NCBI GenBank assembly: GCA_963733195.1
Contig: CAVTCR010000071.1
Coordinates: 64,001-128,000 of the forward strand
Length of the DNA stretch: 64,000 bases
Reading direction: 5' to 3'
DNA from: an uncultured delta proteobacterium
GTDB taxonomy: Bacteria; Desulfobacterota; Binatia; Bin18
Below the pieces are notes generated by a model that made no database searches, had not been told where the DNA came from, and saw only the letters and a list, made by a program, of their open reading frames with translations. Position numbers and translations under genes: made by a program. Positions 61,097-64,000 of the stretch are shown here, in pieces. The stretch's first letter is position 1. The number at the start of each line of letters is the position of its first letter.

Positions 61097-61417
61097 TTAC
61101 TTGTCCAACAGTTCGTTACAGCGTCTGCAGAATCGCGCTTTGCTTCCATCTTGCAAAACTCGGGTGCCCACACGGACCGGCGCATTACAGCGTTCACACA
61201 TAGGCATCAAGTTAGAGAGATGGATCGACGCTTCTTTTTCGACGATGCCTCCTGGGCTTTGAGGTCCTCGGGGTTTAGTATGGCGTTTAACGATGTTCAA
61301 ACGCTCCACAACCGCACGATTCTCCTCGGATAGTACACGCAGGACCTTACCGATCTTGCCATGCTCTTTTCCGGCAATAACCATGACAGTATCGTTCTTT
61401 TTTACTCGCGCTAACAT
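61097..61417 (-). CDS. rplX: 50S ribosomal protein L24
   Basis: [27 protein letters not shown]. Confidence 0.97.
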   Translation of the reverse strand: MLARVKKNDTVMVIAGKEHGKIGKVLRVLSEENRAVVERLNIVKRHTKPRGPQSPGGIVEKEASIHLSNLMPMCERCNAPVRVGTRVLQDGSKARFCRRCNELLDK

Positions 61418-61426
61418 GGCTTCTTC

Positions 61427-61795
61427 CTACAATACTTCTGGGGCAAGAGAGATAATCTTCATGAATCGTTTCGCACGTAACTCTCGTGCAACTGGGCCGA
61501 AAATACGAGTTCCAATCGGTTCACGCTGGTTATCCAAAAGGACGGCTGAGTTGTTGTCAAAACGAATGTACGAGCCATCAGGGCGACCTATTTCTTTAGC
61601 CGTGCGGACGATCACTGCACGCATGACATCGCCTTTTTTCACTTTCGCATTCGGTATGGCTTCACGAATAGACACCACAATCTCGTCCCCAATAGATGCA
61701 TACCGCCTGCGCGTCCCACCCAGTACCCGTACACAACGGACCTTGCGTGCGCCAGAGTTGTCGGCCACATCTAAGATGGTCTCAACCTGAATCAT
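61427..61795 (-). CDS. rplN: 50S ribosomal protein L14
   Basis: [31 protein letters not shown]. Confidence 0.98.
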   Translation of the reverse strand: MIQVETILDVADNSGARKVRCVRVLGGTRRRYASIGDEIVVSIREAIPNAKVKKGDVMRAVIVRTAKEIGRPDGSYIRFDNNSAVLLDNQREPIGTRIFGPVARELRAKRFMKIISLAPEVL

Positions 61796-61820
61796 AGTAC
61801 ACTTTCCCCCTGGCCCACTC

Positions 61821-62078
61821 TTATTTTGTCGCTGCCTGTTTTAATATAGAACGTACAAGCCAGCGCTTTTCACGACTCAGAGGTCTTGTTTCGACGATCG
61901 CAACTTGATCGCCGATATGGCAACTGTTCTCTGGATCGTGAGCTTTATATTTTTTGCGTTGTCGAACGTATTTTTTATACACAGGGTGCTGTACGAAGCG
62001 TTCGACCAAAACCACCACGGTCTTGTCCATTTTGTCGCTTACCACAACGCCCTGCCGTTCTTTTCTCTGCCCTGGCAC
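61821..62078 (-). CDS. rpsQ: 30S ribosomal protein S17
   Basis: [29 protein letters not shown]. Confidence 0.97.
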   Translation of the reverse strand: MPGQRKERQGVVVSDKMDKTVVVLVERFVQHPVYKKYVRQRKKYKAHDPENSCHIGDQVAIVETRPLSREKRWLVRSILKQAATK

Positions 62079-62083
62079 GATGG

Positions 62084-62290
62084 TTATTCTCCTCTTGTTG
62101 CACGAAGACGCTGCTCGTGTCGAATCGTCTTGATCCGTGCGAGATCGCGCCGAAGTTTACGAACCAACATCGGATTCTCTAACTGTCCAGTACTTCGGCG
62201 TAATCGCAAGCGGAAGAGTTCCTCTGCCGTATCACTCTCCTTTTGCTGTGCTTCGCTGTCAGTCAAATCGCGAATTTCCTTAGCTTGCAT
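62084..62290 (-). CDS. rpmC: 50S ribosomal protein L29
   Basis: [30 protein letters not shown]. Confidence 0.95.
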   Translation of the reverse strand: MQAKEIRDLTDSEAQQKESDTAEELFRLRLRRSTGQLENPMLVRKLRRDLARIKTIRHEQRLRATRGE

Positions 62291-62705
62291 AGGTTGCTCC
62301 GCGGCGCTCACAGAACTGCGTGTTCACTGAGAGTTTATGAGCTGCCAACCGTAAGGCTTCTTGGGCAACATCACGGGGAATGCCCTCCATTTCAAAAAGC
62401 ATGCGTCCGGGTTTGACTGGGGCAACCCAAGCCTCCGGTGGTCCTTTTCCTTTCCCCATCCGTGTTTCCGCTGGCTTCTTCGTTACTGGCTTATCCGGAA
62501 AAATGCGGACCCACACTCGTCCACCACGTTTCACGTGACGCGTTAACGCAACACGAGCTGCTTCAATCTCACGTGCAGTAATCCAGCCTCGCTCAAGAGT
62601 TTTCAGGCCGAAATCTCCAAATGCAAGGGAGACTCCACGGTGAGCGTCTCCATACATTCGCCCGCGTTGCTGTTTTCGATATTTGACTTTCTTCGGCGCT
62701 AGCAT
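62280..62705 (-). CDS. rplP: 50S ribosomal protein L16
   Basis: [29 protein letters not shown]. Confidence 0.98.
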   Translation of the reverse strand: MLAPKKVKYRKQQRGRMYGDAHRGVSLAFGDFGLKTLERGWITAREIEAARVALTRHVKRGGRVWVRIFPDKPVTKKPAETRMGKGKGPPEAWVAPVKPGRMLFEMEGIPRDVAQEALRLAAHKLSVNTQFCERRGATYAS

Positions 62706-62715
62706 GATCAGCTCC

Positions 62716-63378
62716 TTAGGCGCTCAACGCCGTTCGCTGTTGCTCTTCTTCTCGGGTGATGATCTCTCCCCGCATTATCCACACCTTGACCCCGATAATT
62801 CCGTAGGTCGTCTTCGCTTCGGCTACTCCATAGCTAATGTCTGCCCGAATAGTGTGAAGTGGAACTCGTCCTTCGCGGTACCATTCGGTACGGGCAATTT
62901 CTGCTCCAGCCAACCGCCCCGAACACCGAACCTTCACTCCTTGCGCCCCCATGCGTATGGCACGCGTCACACATTCCTTCATGGCTCGGCGAAACGCCAC
63001 CCGCCGCTCAAGTTGGAGAGCCACATTCTCAGAAACGAGCTGGGCATCAAGATCCGGGCGACGTACCTCATGAATGTTGAGATAGACTTCCCGATTGGAC
63101 AGTTTGGCAAGTTCGGCTTTGAGCTTCTCTATCTCCGCTCCCTTCTTGCCAATTACAATTCCTGGACGCGCAGTATGAATATTAATTTTCGCTTTATTAG
63201 CAGCCCGCTCAATCTCAATCTTTGCTATTCCTGCGTGTTGCAACCGTTTCTTGATAAAATTACGGACACGGATATCGTCGTGCAAAAAATGAGCATAGTC
63301 TTTTTCTGCAAACCATCGCGATTCCCATCCTTCAATGACGCCTAAGCGAAATCCTTTTGGGTGTACCTTTTGCCCCAT
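62716..63378 (-). CDS. rpsC: 30S ribosomal protein S3
   Basis: [41 protein letters not shown]. Confidence 0.98.
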   Translation of the reverse strand: MGQKVHPKGFRLGVIEGWESRWFAEKDYAHFLHDDIRVRNFIKKRLQHAGIAKIEIERAANKAKINIHTARPGIVIGKKGAEIEKLKAELAKLSNREVYLNIHEVRRPDLDAQLVSENVALQLERRVAFRRAMKECVTRAIRMGAQGVKVRCSGRLAGAEIARTEWYREGRVPLHTIRADISYGVAEAKTTYGIIGVKVWIMRGEIITREEEQQRTALSA

Positions 63379-63393
63379 GCTCGACTCCCTATA

Positions 63394-63726
63394 TTACCGC
63401 TCTTCGACGATAACAGTAAAATGACTTGTCCGTTTGCGAATCGGTGTAGCTCGCCCGTGTGCTCGCGGAGTGAAACGTTTCCAGGTCGTACCTCCATCAA
63501 CGTAGGTTGCCTTGACGTACAACTTGTCTGGGTCGACATTCTGAGTGTCGGTTGCGTTGGCAACAGCGGAGCGCAGGGTTTTTGCAAGTATCCGCGCCGC
63601 CTTCTTTGGTGTAAATCTGAGGATAGCAAATGCCTGCTCAACCTGTTTTCCGCGAATCAGGTCGGCAACTAAACGACCTTTTTGCGGAGAAATGCGCACT
63701 TGGCGTAAAATCGCCCTAGCTTCCAT
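63394..63726 (-). CDS. rplV: 50S ribosomal protein L22
   Basis: SPQK.RLVADLIRG, PRA.GRA..I.KRTSH. Confidence 0.97.
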   Translation of the reverse strand: MEARAILRQVRISPQKGRLVADLIRGKQVEQAFAILRFTPKKAARILAKTLRSAVANATDTQNVDPDKLYVKATYVDGGTTWKRFTPRAHGRATPIRKRTSHFTVIVEER

Positions 63727-63737
63727 GATATCCGCTC

Positions 63738-64000
63738 CTATGCTTTTGCTGGCGCCTTTTTGACCTCGCCTTTACGGTCACCAGAATGACTGTAGAAGGT
63801 TCGTGTCGGTGAAAACTCTCCCAATTTGTGTCCAACCATATTCTCAGTCACGTAAACCGGAACGAACTTTTTGCCATTGTGGACCGCAAACGTATATCCA
63901 ATCATTTCAGGAGTGATGGTCGAACGCCGGGACCATGTCTTCACAACTTGCTTGTTGCCACTAGAGATAAGGGCTTCAACTTTCTTCAGAAGATGGTCAT
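63738..64000 (-). CDS. rpsS: 30S ribosomal protein S19 (5' end beyond window)
   Basis: [30 protein letters not shown]. Confidence 0.97.
   Translation of the reverse strand, partial: DHLLKKVEALISSGNKQVVKTWSRRSTITPEMIGYTFAVHNGKKFVPVYVTENMVGHKLGEFSPTRTFYSHSGDRKGEVKKAPAKA

Noticed and set aside
62683-63345. 220-aa + strand ORF opposite rpsC, and similar ORFs opposite other ribosomal genes
   Set aside because: Antisense shadows of highly conserved genes.

Overview
Bacterial chromosomal window (~53% GC by eye), with gene content and order resembling a Deltaproteobacteria-like, possibly Binatia-type, organism (inference only). From left to right: (1) small metabolic and regulatory genes (epoxide hydrolase, a glucan-phosphatase-like DSP, hemW, lexA, sugar dehydrogenase, ABC exporter, MEMO/AmrB, LLM oxidoreductase, a sigma54-controlled PEP-CTERM gene); (2) a ~17 kb lipid A/LPS-core cluster (GnnA-like, lpxB, msbA, waaA, lpxK, methyltransferase + Trm112, heptosyltransferases, Kdo kinase, sulfatase-like, kinase-GT2 fusion, GT4, rfaE1), then yicC-gmk-spoT and rpmB; (3) a ~9 kb accessory patch with three IS elements, each with resolvable terminal inverted repeats and target duplications, an IS-disrupted enoyl-CoA hydratase, and decayed hydrolase and regulator genes; (4) a minus-strand run of rfaE2-argC-lptD-folC-accD-trpABFCD-SPOR and the S10/spc/alpha ribosomal cluster. 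Many single-base frameshifts in essential genes point to indel errors in the assembly. The most striking unexplained features are a family of 7-nt-period tandem-repeat hairpins at about ten gene junctions, a bacterial LSF2/laforin-like phosphatase, and an unusual set of LPS-tailoring genes.
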